The notes beneath the pieces were generated by a model. The model was not told the DNA's origin. It searched no databases and saw nothing but the letters and a program-made list of their open reading frames with translations. From Tortispora ganteri (Eukaryota), in assembly GCA_003707115.1 (NCBI GenBank), contig PPNB01000005.1, positions 1 through 64,000 on the forward strand: 64,000 bases of DNA. Direction: 5' to 3'. The position numbers and the translations under genes are program-made. Below, piece by piece: positions 31,653 through 44,587 of this stretch (its first letter is position 1; every line of letters starts with the position of its first letter).

Positions 31653-34604
31653 ATGAAGTTTTCCTTCGCATACTTTCTGTGGCTGATATTTACACATGTA
31701 TCATTATGTTCTTTCTGGAATGTGCTAGGATCTCTCTCAGGTTCAGACTCGGATATAGCGCAGCCCGGTGGTAGCTTGATCGAAGCAGATAAAACTACCC
31801 CAAATGGAAATCTGCCTATCCCTCCGCTACGTGACTTGAATGACTGGCGGCTAGACCGAACCTTCTTGGTCGCAACCACTGATGGTTCTCTCCATGCTCG
31901 TGATCGTGTGTCTGGAAAGCTCCTCTGGTCAATTCCAGGCGACCGCCCGTTGGTCTCCACTTACACCAAAGTGGAGCCTAGTATAGACCCTGAAGCTGAT
32001 CCGATATGGATGGTGGAGCCTTGTAAGGATGGAAGGTTATACGCCTTTGATTACAAATCAGGTTTATCGCGGCTTCCTGTGTCTGTTAGCAAACTGGTAT
32101 CAGGTGCACCATTTTCGCTGGTCAGCTCGAATAGAGTATATACTGGCTCAAAACATTCCACTATGTACTCTATTGACCTCGACTCTGGTGCTATCATCAG
32201 AACGTATGGCTCTCATTTAAGTGGTACAGGTTCTGAGTCAAACGTCCATTCGAATGCTGTTATGATCTCTAAGGTCACGTACGACCTGCAAATTCACATA
32301 CACGATGATCCCCTAAAATCATGGAACATCACTTTCTCGCATTGGTCGGTCGATAACTCTGACCTGGACTTGGCTATGCAACATACAACTCCTCGTGACG
32401 CTATTCAAATACTAAGTATATCAGACGGATCTCTTATGGCCATCGATCGCAGACAGGATGAAGTGCGGTGGAGTGAAACTACAGAATCTTTAGCTGTTGC
32501 TTTCTTTGATGTTTTCGCCGACACTAATGATCTTAGAACTAAAGGCTATAAGAGTATTGTTTTGCCTCATCCTATTCCTCCTCCTTTCACAGATCTAAAT
32601 TCTCAAGTCGACTCAGCACTTGTTACTTACGCTGGAAATGAGACATGGGTTGTATATTCTGACGAACTTTTTCCGGCACTGGTACAGACGTCATCTCCTG
32701 CTCCCTGGATAAGTAATCAAAATTCATATATTTATTCTGGGCTCCCGCATCTTCTGACCGGCGTCCATCCAGTAAAGGCTTACGATAGCCGAACGCAGAG
32801 CGTGGTATTACCTAATTTACCTTCGGCGGACGTGACAAGTGTTCCAGCTATAGAAGGATCGGTTTATCCTGTGCAGTCAGAATCCCTTTTGTCGTCTATA
32901 TTGTCGATTATACGGGTCCTTATTGCTCTACTTATTGTAATCACTAGTTTACTGGGAACTCTGCATTATCTGAGATATATTGATCTTTCTCCGTGGAAAG
33001 TTCCTGCATCTTTGGCACTTGAAAATACTGTCAATTTTTTTCTTAGATTATATTCTAAGTACGTTTCACGCTCTAAAACACGTCTCTCTGTTCAGTTTGC
33101 TCCAGACCCTATTCCCCCGCGAGCTGTTGATGGTGAATCTAATGCACAAGCCAAGAAACGAAAGCGTGGAAGCAGAGGTGGCAAAAGAAACAAATCTAAG
33201 GTATCTTCTAATGACCTTGGTGATGATGATGACAACGAGTTGACAAAGGTTGATAATTCTCTGTTCAAATCAGGATCTCTAAAAGTAACCGAACAGGTTT
33301 TAGGATACGGCAGTCATGGAACTGTTGTGTACAAAGGTTACTTTGAAAACAGAGAAGTTGCGGTTAAACGGATGCTCGTTGATTTTTACGACATCGCTTC
33401 GCAAGAAGTGTCATTATTGCAAGACAGCGACGAACATCCCAACGTTGTGAGATATTACTGCCGCCAACAGAGTGACAAGTTTCTTTTCATTGCACTGGAA
33501 CTATGTTCTGGATCACTTCAAGAGGCTGTTGAAACAGATAAATTGAGTGGTTCAGGATTTGATACAGCTGATCCGCATTTACTTCTTTATCAACTGGCCA
33601 GTGGTCTAGATTATCTTCACAGTCTGAATGTTGCCCACCGTGATTTGAAGCCTCAAAACATTCTTGTAACTAAATCTCGAGTCAAAAAATCTAGGGGGTC
33701 ATCGTATCTGACGGAAAATACGGATATACGCCTAGTTATATCTGATTTTGGTCTATGCAAAAGGCTTGAAGATGATCAAACTTCATTTGGTGCAACCACT
33801 GCCAACGCTGCTGGAACTGCAGGCTGGAGAGCACCCGAGTTGCTAACACATAACTCTACTGTTTCGGTTTCAACGGAATCAGAACTGACTTCTGAAAGTA
33901 CGGATTTGCAAAAACTTGATGAAAATGACCAGATTCAGGGAGCTACACGAAAGGCGACGAAAGCTATTGATATATTTTCTCTTGGATGCATATTTTACTT
34001 CGTGCTCTCTCGGGGTGATCATCCTTTTGGTAACAAATATCTTAGAGAGGGAAATATACTTGCTAACGATTACAATCTTTCTGCGCTGGATATACTTGTT
34101 GACGAACGGTATGAGGCTCATGATCTGATTGAACGCATGATCTCTTTTGATCCGAAAATGAGACCTAAATCACACGCAGTTGTTGTGCACCCCTATTTTT
34201 GGAGCAATCAGAAAAAGCTTGATTTCCTATTAGAGGTTTCTGATCGACTTGAATATGAAAGCAGAGATCCACCTAGTCCTTTGTTGGTCAAATTGGAATC
34301 AGGAGCGCAGGATGTGATAGGATCAGACTGGATCAGCAAGATGGAAAAGAACTTCGTTGAAGATCTGGAGAAGTATCGAAAATATAGTGGCAATAGAATC
34401 CTTGACCTGCTACGAGCATTACGAAACAAGAAGCACCATTTTCAAGATCTGCCTCAGAATGTCCAAGAAACCCTTGGTACTCCACCTGCAGGTTTTCTTA
34501 GATACTTTACGCGCAAGTTCCCTAAGCTGTTAATTTATATTTACTACTTCGTGGTGGAGGAACTTGCAGATGAGCAGACCCTAAGACCGTTTGTGTCAAC
34601 TTGA
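31653..34604 (+). CDS. IRE1: UPR sensor kinase/endoribonuclease
   Basis: Signal peptide, luminal domain, TM helix, basic linker KKRKRGSRGGK, kinase (GYGSHGT, HRDLKPQN, SDFG), KEN RNase (DLLRALRNKKHH). Confidence 0.97.
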   Translation: MKFSFAYFLWLIFTHVSLCSFWNVLGSLSGSDSDIAQPGGSLIEADKTTPNGNLPIPPLRDLNDWRLDRTFLVATTDGSLHARDRVSGKLLWSIPGDRPLVSTYTKVEPSIDPEADPIWMVEPCKDGRLYAFDYKSGLSRLPVSVSKLVSGAPFSLVSSNRVYTGSKHSTMYSIDLDSGAIIRTYGSHLSGTGSESNVHSNAVMISKVTYDLQIHIHDDPLKSWNITFSHWSVDNSDLDLAMQHTTPRDAIQILSISDGSLMAIDRRQDEVRWSETTESLAVAFFDVFADTNDLRTKGYKSIVLPHPIPPPFTDLNSQVDSALVTYAGNETWVVYSDELFPALVQTSSPAPWISNQNSYIYSGLPHLLTGVHPVKAYDSRTQSVVLPNLPSADVTSVPAIEGSVYPVQSESLLSSILSIIRVLIALLIVITSLLGTLHYLRYIDLSPWKVPASLALENTVNFFLRLYSKYVSRSKTRLSVQFAPDPIPPRAVDGESNAQAKKRKRGSRGGKRNKSKVSSNDLGDDDDNELTKVDNSLFKSGSLKVTEQVLGYGSHGTVVYKGYFENREVAVKRMLVDFYDIASQEVSLLQDSDEHPNVVRYYCRQQSDKFLFIALELCSGSLQEAVETDKLSGSGFDTADPHLLLYQLASGLDYLHSLNVAHRDLKPQNILVTKSRVKKSRGSSYLTENTDIRLVISDFGLCKRLEDDQTSFGATTANAAGTAGWRAPELLTHNSTVSVSTESELTSESTDLQKLDENDQIQGATRKATKAIDIFSLGCIFYFVLSRGDHPFGNKYLREGNILANDYNLSALDILVDERYEAHDLIERMISFDPKMRPKSHAVVVHPYFWSNQKKLDFLLEVSDRLEYESRDPPSPLLVKLESGAQDVIGSDWISKMEKNFVEDLEKYRKYSGNRILDLLRALRNKKHHFQDLPQNVQETLGTPPAGFLRYFTRKFPKLLIYIYYFVVEELADEQTLRPFVST

Positions 34605-34709
34605 CGCGGACAATATGTTACGTACTAATGACTAATAATTTAAGTATATCAAATATTTTTGGCATTCCTTTGGCTATATATCCTAATGATCAGATTAAAT
34701 GTGTGAATG

Positions 34710-35669
34710 TTAAAATGCATCATAATCCTCTTCCCAGTCCATTGTAGGTATATTACAATTGCTTCCTGCCCATTCCCTGGCACCTTGCAATTGAGAATTT
34801 GCATCTATACCGTAAACACTTGAAGAATCATATACTTCTGTATTAGCCGTAGCATCGCGAACAGATTCTATATGTACGTTACCCATGACAGCTGGCATTT
34901 CAGCACCCGATGAAGCTTCAGGTGCAGAAACGATATCCTGGTTGTGTACTACCTTTTCTCTGTCTCTGAGTTGCCGCATTAATAGCAAAAACTTGGAGTC
35001 TTTAAACTTTTGACTTTCGTCGGCATTCAGTACGCTATAGAGCTGACCAGCCGTTTCTGCTAATTCATCCCGATCTGGTAAAGTATGTAATTCTGTGACG
35101 ACTTCATTGCTCTCTTCTACTTGTGATATTTCAACATCTTTTAGGCTGGCAGCCGCTTCAGCTTCAGCGAATGCAGCTTCAAACTGTCGGTCAGAGATCG
35201 TCGTGGTAGTTGATAGTCCTAAGGCTGCGTTGGGCGCTATTCTAGTATTATAATTTGCATAAGATCTTGTTGCCGATGTGTTTCTGTTGATTCCATTATT
35301 GGTAAAATTTTGCGGTTGTTGTGATCGTACCATATCCGGGTTTATCTGGAGACCTCGAAACTCAGATGCCCATTCAACGTCCTGCCCTTGGATGTGCATA
35401 TCGATAACACTCATCTGATTTGGCATCAGATGAACTTTCTGATCCATAAAGTCGCGATTAGAGTATTGTAGTTCGCTTGCCGCTGAATCATGCGCATGTC
35501 TAGCATTTGCCGTAAACTGATCATACCCTTTGTTCACACTTTGTGAGTTCGTAGCAGTACGGAACTGCTCACCCACGGGTCTACCTCTGCCTTGTACATT
35601 TCTATGTAACTCTCTATCCCTATCAAATGATTGAAGAGCAGCTTTTGTGGCGGGTGTAGAACAAGACAT
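34710..35669 (-). CDS. PEX20: PTS2 co-receptor (Pex20/Pex18/Pex21 family)
   Basis: N-terminal Cys (MSC), WASEF pentapeptide, Pex7-binding segment KFKDSKFLLLMRQLRD. Confidence 0.8.
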   Translation of the reverse strand: MSCSTPATKAALQSFDRDRELHRNVQGRGRPVGEQFRTATNSQSVNKGYDQFTANARHAHDSAASELQYSNRDFMDQKVHLMPNQMSVIDMHIQGQDVEWASEFRGLQINPDMVRSQQPQNFTNNGINRNTSATRSYANYNTRIAPNAALGLSTTTTISDRQFEAAFAEAEAAASLKDVEISQVEESNEVVTELHTLPDRDELAETAGQLYSVLNADESQKFKDSKFLLLMRQLRDREKVVHNQDIVSAPEASSGAEMPAVMGNVHIESVRDATANTEVYDSSSVYGIDANSQLQGAREWAGSNCNIPTMDWEEDYDAF

Positions 35670-35911
35670 TTCGCAGGTTGAAATCGTAAGGCAACTCGAT
35701 CGACTGTCTTAGGCCTCGGTTGGAGTGAACAGTGGGCCGGTGGGCATAAATGTGAGGTTGTTATGGTTACGCTGTTTGACAATTACCTCTGATTGAGTAA
35801 TAGTCGTTGTTACAGCAAATCTTTACGTGAACTAATCATTAGAGAAAAGAAATATCAGTGTTAATTTAAATTCAAGCATATTCTCCATGTATGCTGGCAT
35901 AACACGAATTC

Positions 35912-38783
35912 TTAATTGTGGCGCTTATTGCGGCGCGAGGGAACAATCGTGAAATCACTGCTGAAATCATCAAAACTAAGACCATTGGAGGCACGACTAA
36001 GCAATTCGTTCCATCCATTGGTACCAAGTTCTGCTAGTACAGTGCTTTCAACCTCTTGGCGACGTCTGCAGAATTCTTCAGCAAATCTTCGTCCGTCCAT
36101 TGAAGTTGAGTTACTGTATATAGAGTCTGCTATTATTTCAAGAGAGTCTGAGTTGCGACCAGCAGGTAGGGTTAAAAACATGCTTAGCAATGAATCGCTG
36201 TCAACAGATTTGTTAAGCCCAGACAACTCTCCACGCGCCCATATAAGAAATAATTCCGCACCAGACGGCCTTCTCTTGGCAGCGGCAGGTACAGCTGAGT
36301 TAGAGATGGCATGTGCGTTCACAGACGCTGTTTTAGGAGCGTAAGAAGAAGTGGCCTTGATCGGACGCAGTTGCTGGTTAGGAGATGGTGCTCCAACAAC
36401 TCCAGCCTGTTGGGATTTGTTCGCCGTGGGCTTTTTAGATTTCACCACAGTTGTCCACTCATTTCCATTCTTAGAAGATGGTTCTCCAATCATAGCAGCA
36501 GTCGCCAGCTCTGCAGCAGTTGCAGGCTTGGTGGAGGGCTTGTTGCTTCCTGATATTGCCTTTCTAGCTTTGTTTTCCTCCTTGACCAGTTCTTCGATAG
36601 ACTTGACTTTGGTTTCGGTCTTTACGGGTTGACCCCAAGGAGATTGTGGACTTTTGGTATGAGAGTCGAGCTTGGATTGTGGTGCAACAATCTCAATGCT
36701 CTTATACGCAGTCTTCGATGAGTTCTTGGACTTCACTGGAGTCGACGGCCGAGATCGAGATTGTCTGGTTGGGTCGCTTTTTTCCTTGGTTTGAGCATCG
36801 ATTGGCAATGGCTTAACGGCCATAGCAGAATATGATGCTGCCCAAGGAGCAGGAACAGATGGAGAAGCTGTAGAAACGGGTACTGGCGCCAAAGAAGATG
36901 AAGATGATGGCGCATGTGTTGTTGCTTTTCCTTGCGTAGCTGGAGCAGTGACACGAGAATGACCTTCTGTAGGAGCATGTGCTAGAGTTGGAGAAGTAGC
37001 AACAACTGGCTCTGCATGACTATTAGTCTCTTCGGGAACAGGGACGGAAGCAGAAATCGTTCGCTTCTCAGGCTCATTTTCCTGCTTTAAAGAAGTTTCG
37101 TCGACATCCCTAGGTTCAACCTCTAAAGATTGGTGAGTTTCAGGCTTGGTCTCGATAATCCTTCTGTTCTCAACACCCCATGGAGATTGGGGAACAGGAG
37201 CAGGCTCGTAACGCCCTTGATTATTGTCGTGTAAAACAGCAGTATTATCTGCAAGCGGAGAGAATTCTTGCTTGGCTGGAGATCCAGGAGAGCCATTGAT
37301 CATATCGTGGAATATGCTAGACCTGCTGTGTGGCGTTTGCCCTTGGAAAGGGCTTTGCCTTGAAGTAAACTGTTCACCAGCGTAAGCTGCATATCCTGAT
37401 TGATCATGTATAAACGAGCCTGTCACATCTCTGTGTCTCTCTTGGGGCGAGTGACGAGCCTGAGGAACCAGAAATGGATTTACTGCATCACCTAGGCGCA
37501 TAACCCATTGGCTTAGAGGTATAAACTCACGGTCTTCAATTCTTCTCAACAGCAGCTGAGGCTCAAGCCATTTACCGCTGTACCATTCCTGCATTTGCGT
37601 TCCAAGAAAAGGTCCACGTTCCTGTCCAGTTTGGTCTTTATAGACCCAGTATATCTCATGAGCGTTTAACAACTGAGGCTGCACGGGGGATTGTTTCTGA
37701 GAAGTACGAGTATCGAATCCAGGAAGAGGGGCATGGACGTTGGATAATGGCTGAGAAGCTCCCGTACCAAGAGAGCTATGAAAAGAGGAGGGAACTGGTT
37801 GAGTCGCCCAGGGAGATACTGTAGGAGTAGCAGAATGGTGACTAAAAAGAGATTGGCGAGTATGTTGGGCTGTTTGTGCCTGAGAGGAGCCAACGTCGTC
37901 GTCGAGAGGCAGGTTAGGTATGAAAGAAGAAGGATCAGTGATATGAGAATCAGGTAGAGGGCGTTGATGTATTCCTGACGCAACTCTTGATGCTGAGGAA
38001 GGGTGAGAGTCGATATTTGGTCGGCGCTCGTGAGTATGGGAAGCTCTTCTAGATGACTGCCCTACATCCCTGTGTCTATGGTGTGACTTGGAATGAGCAG
38101 CCTCATTTTCTTCCTTTTCTTTGGACTTAGCAGCTATTGCGTAGTCATAAAAGCCAGTAGTAGCAATTTTCTTTCTGGTGGCCTCTGAAATCTCGGACAT
38201 TGAGCCTGACTTGACGAGAGCCTGGTAAAGAGCAACCATCTGAGACTTGGTGTAGACGCGATTATCGCTATTTACCGGCAGTTCAACCTCGTCCAGATTT
38301 AGTGATGCAAGATCCGGTAAAGAACCGACTCCTGGGAGCTGAGAAGCCACGTTTGCTGGCGGCAAATGAGACTTCCAGGAACCCTCGGTTTCGAATTCTT
38401 GCTGATGATGTTTCCTAGATCGAGCAGGTTGCCAATGCCATTCACTTGAAGGCTCATTACGATCATAGTTGCCACTTTGTTCGCTGGATGAGTTATCGAA
38501 GAATCGTCGAGGCTGTCGTGAGATAGAACTGTTCGCTGCAGACTCAGTAGCATGTTGATCAGTTGCACGTCGCATCCTGTAATGGTGTTAGTTTTATGTC
38601 GATTTACTTCATTACTGCAATTTAAATTGCATTTCGAGTGATCGAAATTATCATGAGATGGGTAGCGAATGCGCAGAAAGCGCTAACGCAAAAGGGGCCA
38701 CCGATGTAAAAACCTGTAATGAAAGGCCAAGAGAGCCCATGAGTATGGGTATTTATTACTTACCATTCAGGGCCAAATCCCAT
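35912..38783 (-). CDS. SMY2: GYF-domain protein (Smy2/Syh1/GIGYF), complement(join(35912..38576,38764..38783)), 894 aa
   Basis: GYF domain WVYKD..G.ERGPF....MQEWY..KWL; C-terminal IADSIYSNSTSMDGRRFAEEF; 20-nt exon 1 gives MGFGPEW. Confidence 0.88.
38577..38763 (-). other. Spliceosomal intron of the SMY2/GIGYF gene (187 nt)
   Basis: Minus strand: GTAAGT from 38763, branch ACTAAC, then ACCATTACAG ending at 38577; the join is in frame (TG|G = Trp). Confidence 0.9.
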
Positions 38784-39277
38784 AGTGGTATATTTGCCTT
38801 GACGCGACATATAAATAAGCCGTTTTAGCAATTATTTGTTCAATTGATTTCGAAAAAAATAGCAGAAAATAGAAAGCTCGTTTAAAGGTGTTTAAAATTT
38901 GAGGGATGGAAGGATTTTTAAGCTTCCGAACTTGAGAGACAGGTCCCATTATTGTTACCGTTGCTATGATGTTATTCTACAAAACTTGCAAAATGTTGTA
39001 TATTATGTTATATATCCGCATTAGTATGAATATGAATGTGAAAAAAAATGTATCGTAAGCCTGTTCCTCCGTGGAAATCAATTGCAATATCAATATGGCT
39101 GATTCTGCAAGTATGGTGATGTAAAAAAAAAGGTGAAAAGAAAAATAATAGTAGCCAATCGCCAAACATTAATAAGCCAAAGAATAACTCAGTATTTGAG
39201 CAGAGCGTGTATCATGAAGAATGAATGAAGACTGAAATAACATCCAAATCATCAGTCGGTCGATCGAGGTGGACAAA

Positions 39278-40726
39278 TCATGACAAGATATTGTGCTTAA
39301 CGCGACGATGTCTGGTAACAGCGTCTGGTCGCGAAAATTGCTTAGAATGTTCACCGCATAACTCACATCGATAAGTTTTCCGGTGCTTAGCGTGTATAGT
39401 CTCTTGATGTCTAACGAGGTCGTAAGGTCGTGAAAAGTTCTTATTGCAAGGCCTGTCTGTGGCAGGATTGATCCACTCGCATCTGTGTAAGTTGTTATGA
39501 GTGGCTTGACCAACCCTTCGCTTATGTGCAGCAATAGCCCTCTCTGGGTCGTAGTCAGTGTTAATGGTCTTTGGAGGACCACCAGAGGCAGTGGGTGAAT
39601 CTATATCATCGAAGTCCGATATCGAAAGCGAGGAGTCTCTTCTCGTAGGGGTTTCAATGCTATCATCCCCTCCCTTTTCGTCATTGATAGCTACAACAGG
39701 AGGCCCAAACATTGACATTCCAAGGTTAGAGTCAACCGGCTCGTCAATGATTGGATTATTAAGGAATGCTTCCCTCGGTGATACCGTCGCATTGGGCGGA
39801 AACTCGTGCATGTCATTTAAGACACTAAGCGAAGAATGTCCGCCTTCTGGAATAAGCGTGTAAAAGGGGGATGTCTTGCGAAAAGGTGGTATAGCTCTGT
39901 TAGCTGGTCTAGCTAAGTTGGTCATCGCGATCGCATCTGCGCCCGTGCAGATACCTACAGGAGAAGAGGTAACGCCGATAGAAGATTTTTGCGACAAACT
40001 CTCAATCGGCTGTAGTTTTATCCCTGTTTCTGATATTGGCTGAAGTTTTGGTGCATTGGTGCCTTTTGCGGGTACTTCATATAGTTCGTCTTCCATGACG
40101 TCAGTGAGGGTCCGCGTTAACTTAGGAAATGACGGAGATGCAGCAGGGATATCGTCATCCATCATTGGGGACATCGTTGACCAGCCAGATATTATAGGAG
40201 ATGGTGACCTGTCTCGAGGGTCTAGCGGACCGTTCTCGTTCATAAATGTGTAAAATACGTCATCTGAGTCGGGTATGTCCGTATCCATCATATCGATCTC
40301 CATGGGCTTCACTAACGGCTGAGGGCGAGACAATTGATCAAATGGGCCAAATAATGAGCCGATTCTCCCACTTGGACTGTTAATGAAATGTTCATTCTCG
40401 TTCTGGTCAAATGTAGAAGGAATTGTATCACCTGCAATAGATGACGAGGTGGAGATAGAGAGTTGAGGAGGTTGATCTTTATTAAAGGGGTATAATAAAT
40501 CATTGTCCTGCTCAATTTGCTTGTCCGCAGCAAAAATAGCAGCAGATGTAGCAGCATCGTCAATATCCGCGCCAAACATTGATCGCTGTTCACCGGATAG
40601 TTCCGGTCCGGTTGAGTCAGTTCTGAATGGCCATGTTGGGGGTTTGTTGTTGTCATCGAGATGATCCTTTGGTTGCTGAGGCAAACCAAGGTGCATTTTA
40701 GGGGTATCCAATTGCGCGATTGGCAT
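39278..40726 (-). CDS. RPN4: C2H2 transcription factor for proteasome genes
   Basis: C-terminal fingers C.....P....CNKNFSRPYDLVRHQETIH and CELC.....FSRPDAVTRH.RVKH; acidic disordered N-terminus. Confidence 0.88.
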   Translation of the reverse strand: MPIAQLDTPKMHLGLPQQPKDHLDDNNKPPTWPFRTDSTGPELSGEQRSMFGADIDDAATSAAIFAADKQIEQDNDLLYPFNKDQPPQLSISTSSSIAGDTIPSTFDQNENEHFINSPSGRIGSLFGPFDQLSRPQPLVKPMEIDMMDTDIPDSDDVFYTFMNENGPLDPRDRSPSPIISGWSTMSPMMDDDIPAASPSFPKLTRTLTDVMEDELYEVPAKGTNAPKLQPISETGIKLQPIESLSQKSSIGVTSSPVGICTGADAIAMTNLARPANRAIPPFRKTSPFYTLIPEGGHSSLSVLNDMHEFPPNATVSPREAFLNNPIIDEPVDSNLGMSMFGPPVVAINDEKGGDDSIETPTRRDSSLSISDFDDIDSPTASGGPPKTINTDYDPERAIAAHKRRVGQATHNNLHRCEWINPATDRPCNKNFSRPYDLVRHQETIHAKHRKTYRCELCGEHSKQFSRPDAVTRHRRVKHNILS

Positions 40727-42674
40727 ATTGTTCCTTGGACGTTTGTGTTTGTGTATTCTTTGAGGTTTGTTATGCAATGTGAGGTGTGTCGAAAGATAGC
40801 TTCTTGCGTAGAACAAGGGTGATGAGTAATCGGCAATTAAGCTTAAGGTCAAAAGGTGGTCAAAGGGGGGCTTGGGGTTTTGGGCTTTTTGGGACTTAAA
40901 TTAGAGTTTAAATCGTTCGTTTTCCAGGCTCTTAATAGACCTCCTTCCTAAAAAGGGTGCTTCGGTATATTGGTTTGGGACTTCTCCTTAGGCGGCTACT
41001 GAGAAATTCAGCGCCAATATAGTGTCAAACTATGCAATAAAAAGTGATATCGTCTATACCGATATATATAATACTATATAGCTCTTCTGTTCAATACAGT
41101 AGTGATGTTAGCAAGTAGAAATATAAGGAACAAAGTCAATGTGCTTCTTTATATATAAAACTTGCTACGTAAGCTTTTCCGGAGTTTATGGATTCTATAC
41201 AGATCCTGTGACGAATTTTAAGCTCTAGAACACTCTATTCCCTTCCTCCTCACAGACTCAAGCCTATTTTCCTTGCGGGAAGGCCTCTATTACCTAATTA
41301 AAGACTTAACTCCTGTCATACTAGTGTCAGCAACTCTAATCTCCGGTCTGTCCGCGCCCGATCGATCACTTTGGTTCGATCGCTTTCAGAATTGTCTATA
41401 ACTTTGACATTTGATTTCTCAATTTTAATATATTTGTTGTCTGTCGACCTAACTACAACTGGCCAGAAACTTCTCCCTGACCATTTAAGCTACCCTGACG
41501 CTCTCTTCTTGAATAAATGATCCCTCGTTAAGACCCTTGTACCCTTGGCAGTTCCTCCCGCTACAGCTGCATCTTCCTGTTGACGGATCCTGCATAATTC
41601 CATGCTCTTGTGCGCTTATAGTGGTGTCTCGTTTGAAGGACTGGAATTGTTGATTTGATCGAAATATAAGCTACTAACTAATACGCTGGCTGCCAGCTCC
41701 CCTTCAAGACCAGGTTCGGCTAGTGCTATATTCATGTCCCACTCTATACGCATAGCCTAATATTCCCACGGCCATATGCTCGCCCTATTGCGTAGGTTTG
41801 CAATTTTATCAGTAATAGTTAATAAACTTGTCTGTTCTTCGTTCATTTCCTGAGTGAGGTTCTATATGCAGATAATAGGCAGCACTTAAATGAGCAAATC
41901 TGTGTTCTTCTTATTGGCTCGCTTCATTAAGGTTATCGCGACCAGCTTTGATATCGTAATCCTGCAACAAAATTCGACGAATGACATCAGAACACCAGTT
42001 ATATTGCATCAACACACAGTTACTAATCTTATATATCATATTTCTGCTATTTGGCGAGATATTGTCTATCTCTATCTTAATTCCTATTGGTGTATACAAT
42101 GCATGCTTCTGACGGATGGCTATCTTTGGCCGCTTTTAAGTTTTAAGGGCTAAAAGGCAATGATGAACTATACCATTGTCTGGCCTGGAACTGCTTCATA
42201 AGTGCGTCGATCTACACCTCCTGGGGTGTATCCGGTTTCCTGTACCATTCAATTATGTTCAGGTTCAGATTAAACTGCTCCTCAGCCAGCTACTGAACTT
42301 GGTTGTTGCCACGTTATATTGAAATCGAAGATACATATGATACAACTGCATTAGCTTCAACTAATACCTTGCATCGACGGGACTAACTCTCCCAAAGTCA
42401 TAGCGTATTTCTCTTCAACTATCCATTAAGGTTGTCTATTACGTAGCTACAGTGGCAAATTGACCTTCCTAAACCGCCATGTAGCGCAACCCCTAAAAAG
42501 CCCTCAGCCGATCGGACAACACACCAACGGTAGTATGATTACAGATATTACTCATGGCGCTATAGCGAGAGAGACACTAACAATTATACTACAGATAAAA
42601 GACTACAGAAAGTTTATTAAATAGATCATAGCAACCATCCATACGCAGAAATATGTAAGTGTAAAAATACAGGT

Positions 42675-43705
<1,031 letters not shown>

Positions 43706-44587
43706 GTTTAGCGGTTCGGTTATAGCTTTGTAGTTTTATCTAACGTGTGTCAGGAATTATATCTTCGTACATTCGTATATTTTTATTCGCATACATGTCA
43801 CTGTTCTCCGTACGTAGGTCGATATCGGCCAATAACGCCGAACCCACAAGGCGGGAACTGGCGGCTAAGTACAATCAGTCATGCGCTAATTTGCCTTGTT
43901 TGCCACCTTAGACCCCTATTTCATGCACCTATCACGTGGAATTGTTTTAGCTCGGTTTCCCCTCACGACACCCCCATCAATAGCTTAATGCGACGCCTTC
44001 TGATCGAACGAAAGCGTTGATGGTTCCCGTGACAACCATCAACAGTTTTTATGATTTTAACAGTATTCCCGACTGTTGATGGGTCTATTTTCTCATATGT
44101 TTTTGAGTTTCCCAATTTAATTCGTATTCCGAGAGTTTAGTTTGTTTACCGTTTTCGCTGGGCAATTCCGATATCCTTTGGTTGGGGTATTCTAACTGAC
44201 GCCGTTATTCTAAGAGCTTTAGTAGGCGTGGCTGGAGATAAATAAATATATTTGGTGCACTTATTTACTAAGATATGGCCGCTATGTATTAGCTTCTTTT
44301 GGTTGCAGTAGTGTGCTTGTTTTTCATCTGCGTAGTTTATGACGTAGACCAAGGTGAATCGATCGCCCTGGTCCCATCGATCGGTGCTTCCGATTATCCT
44401 TCGATCAGACGAAAACGATTAGTATAAACCTAGCTAGCGCGGACCCTATCTAATAACTCAAACCGCATCACCTTGATAAATAGTGTTGCACTTCTCTCGA
44501 CTATGTAGAAGCGGGTTTCATTCTTATCAATACATTACAATACGAATTTTTAAGAGTTTCGATAGGGAAATCATTAATGTCATTTCG

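Noticed and set aside
3024..34604. Reassignment of TGA to an amino acid, suggested by GPI8 and the 19138 ORF
   Set aside because: NDUFA2-like, TOP3, PEX13, LTE1, RMT3 and IRE1 all end with TGA at plausible C-termini
40312..40852. 174-aa alternative-frame ORF and non-ATG N-terminal extension of RPN4
   Set aside because: TTG starts, no recognisable features; likely shadow ORFs
41373..41382. tRNA B-box (GGTTCGATC)
   Set aside because: No cloverleaf or A-box around it
42160..42296. Box C/D snoRNA (ATGATGA...CTGA)
   Set aside because: No terminal stem and no guide I can match to yeast rRNA; needs snoscan/Infernal
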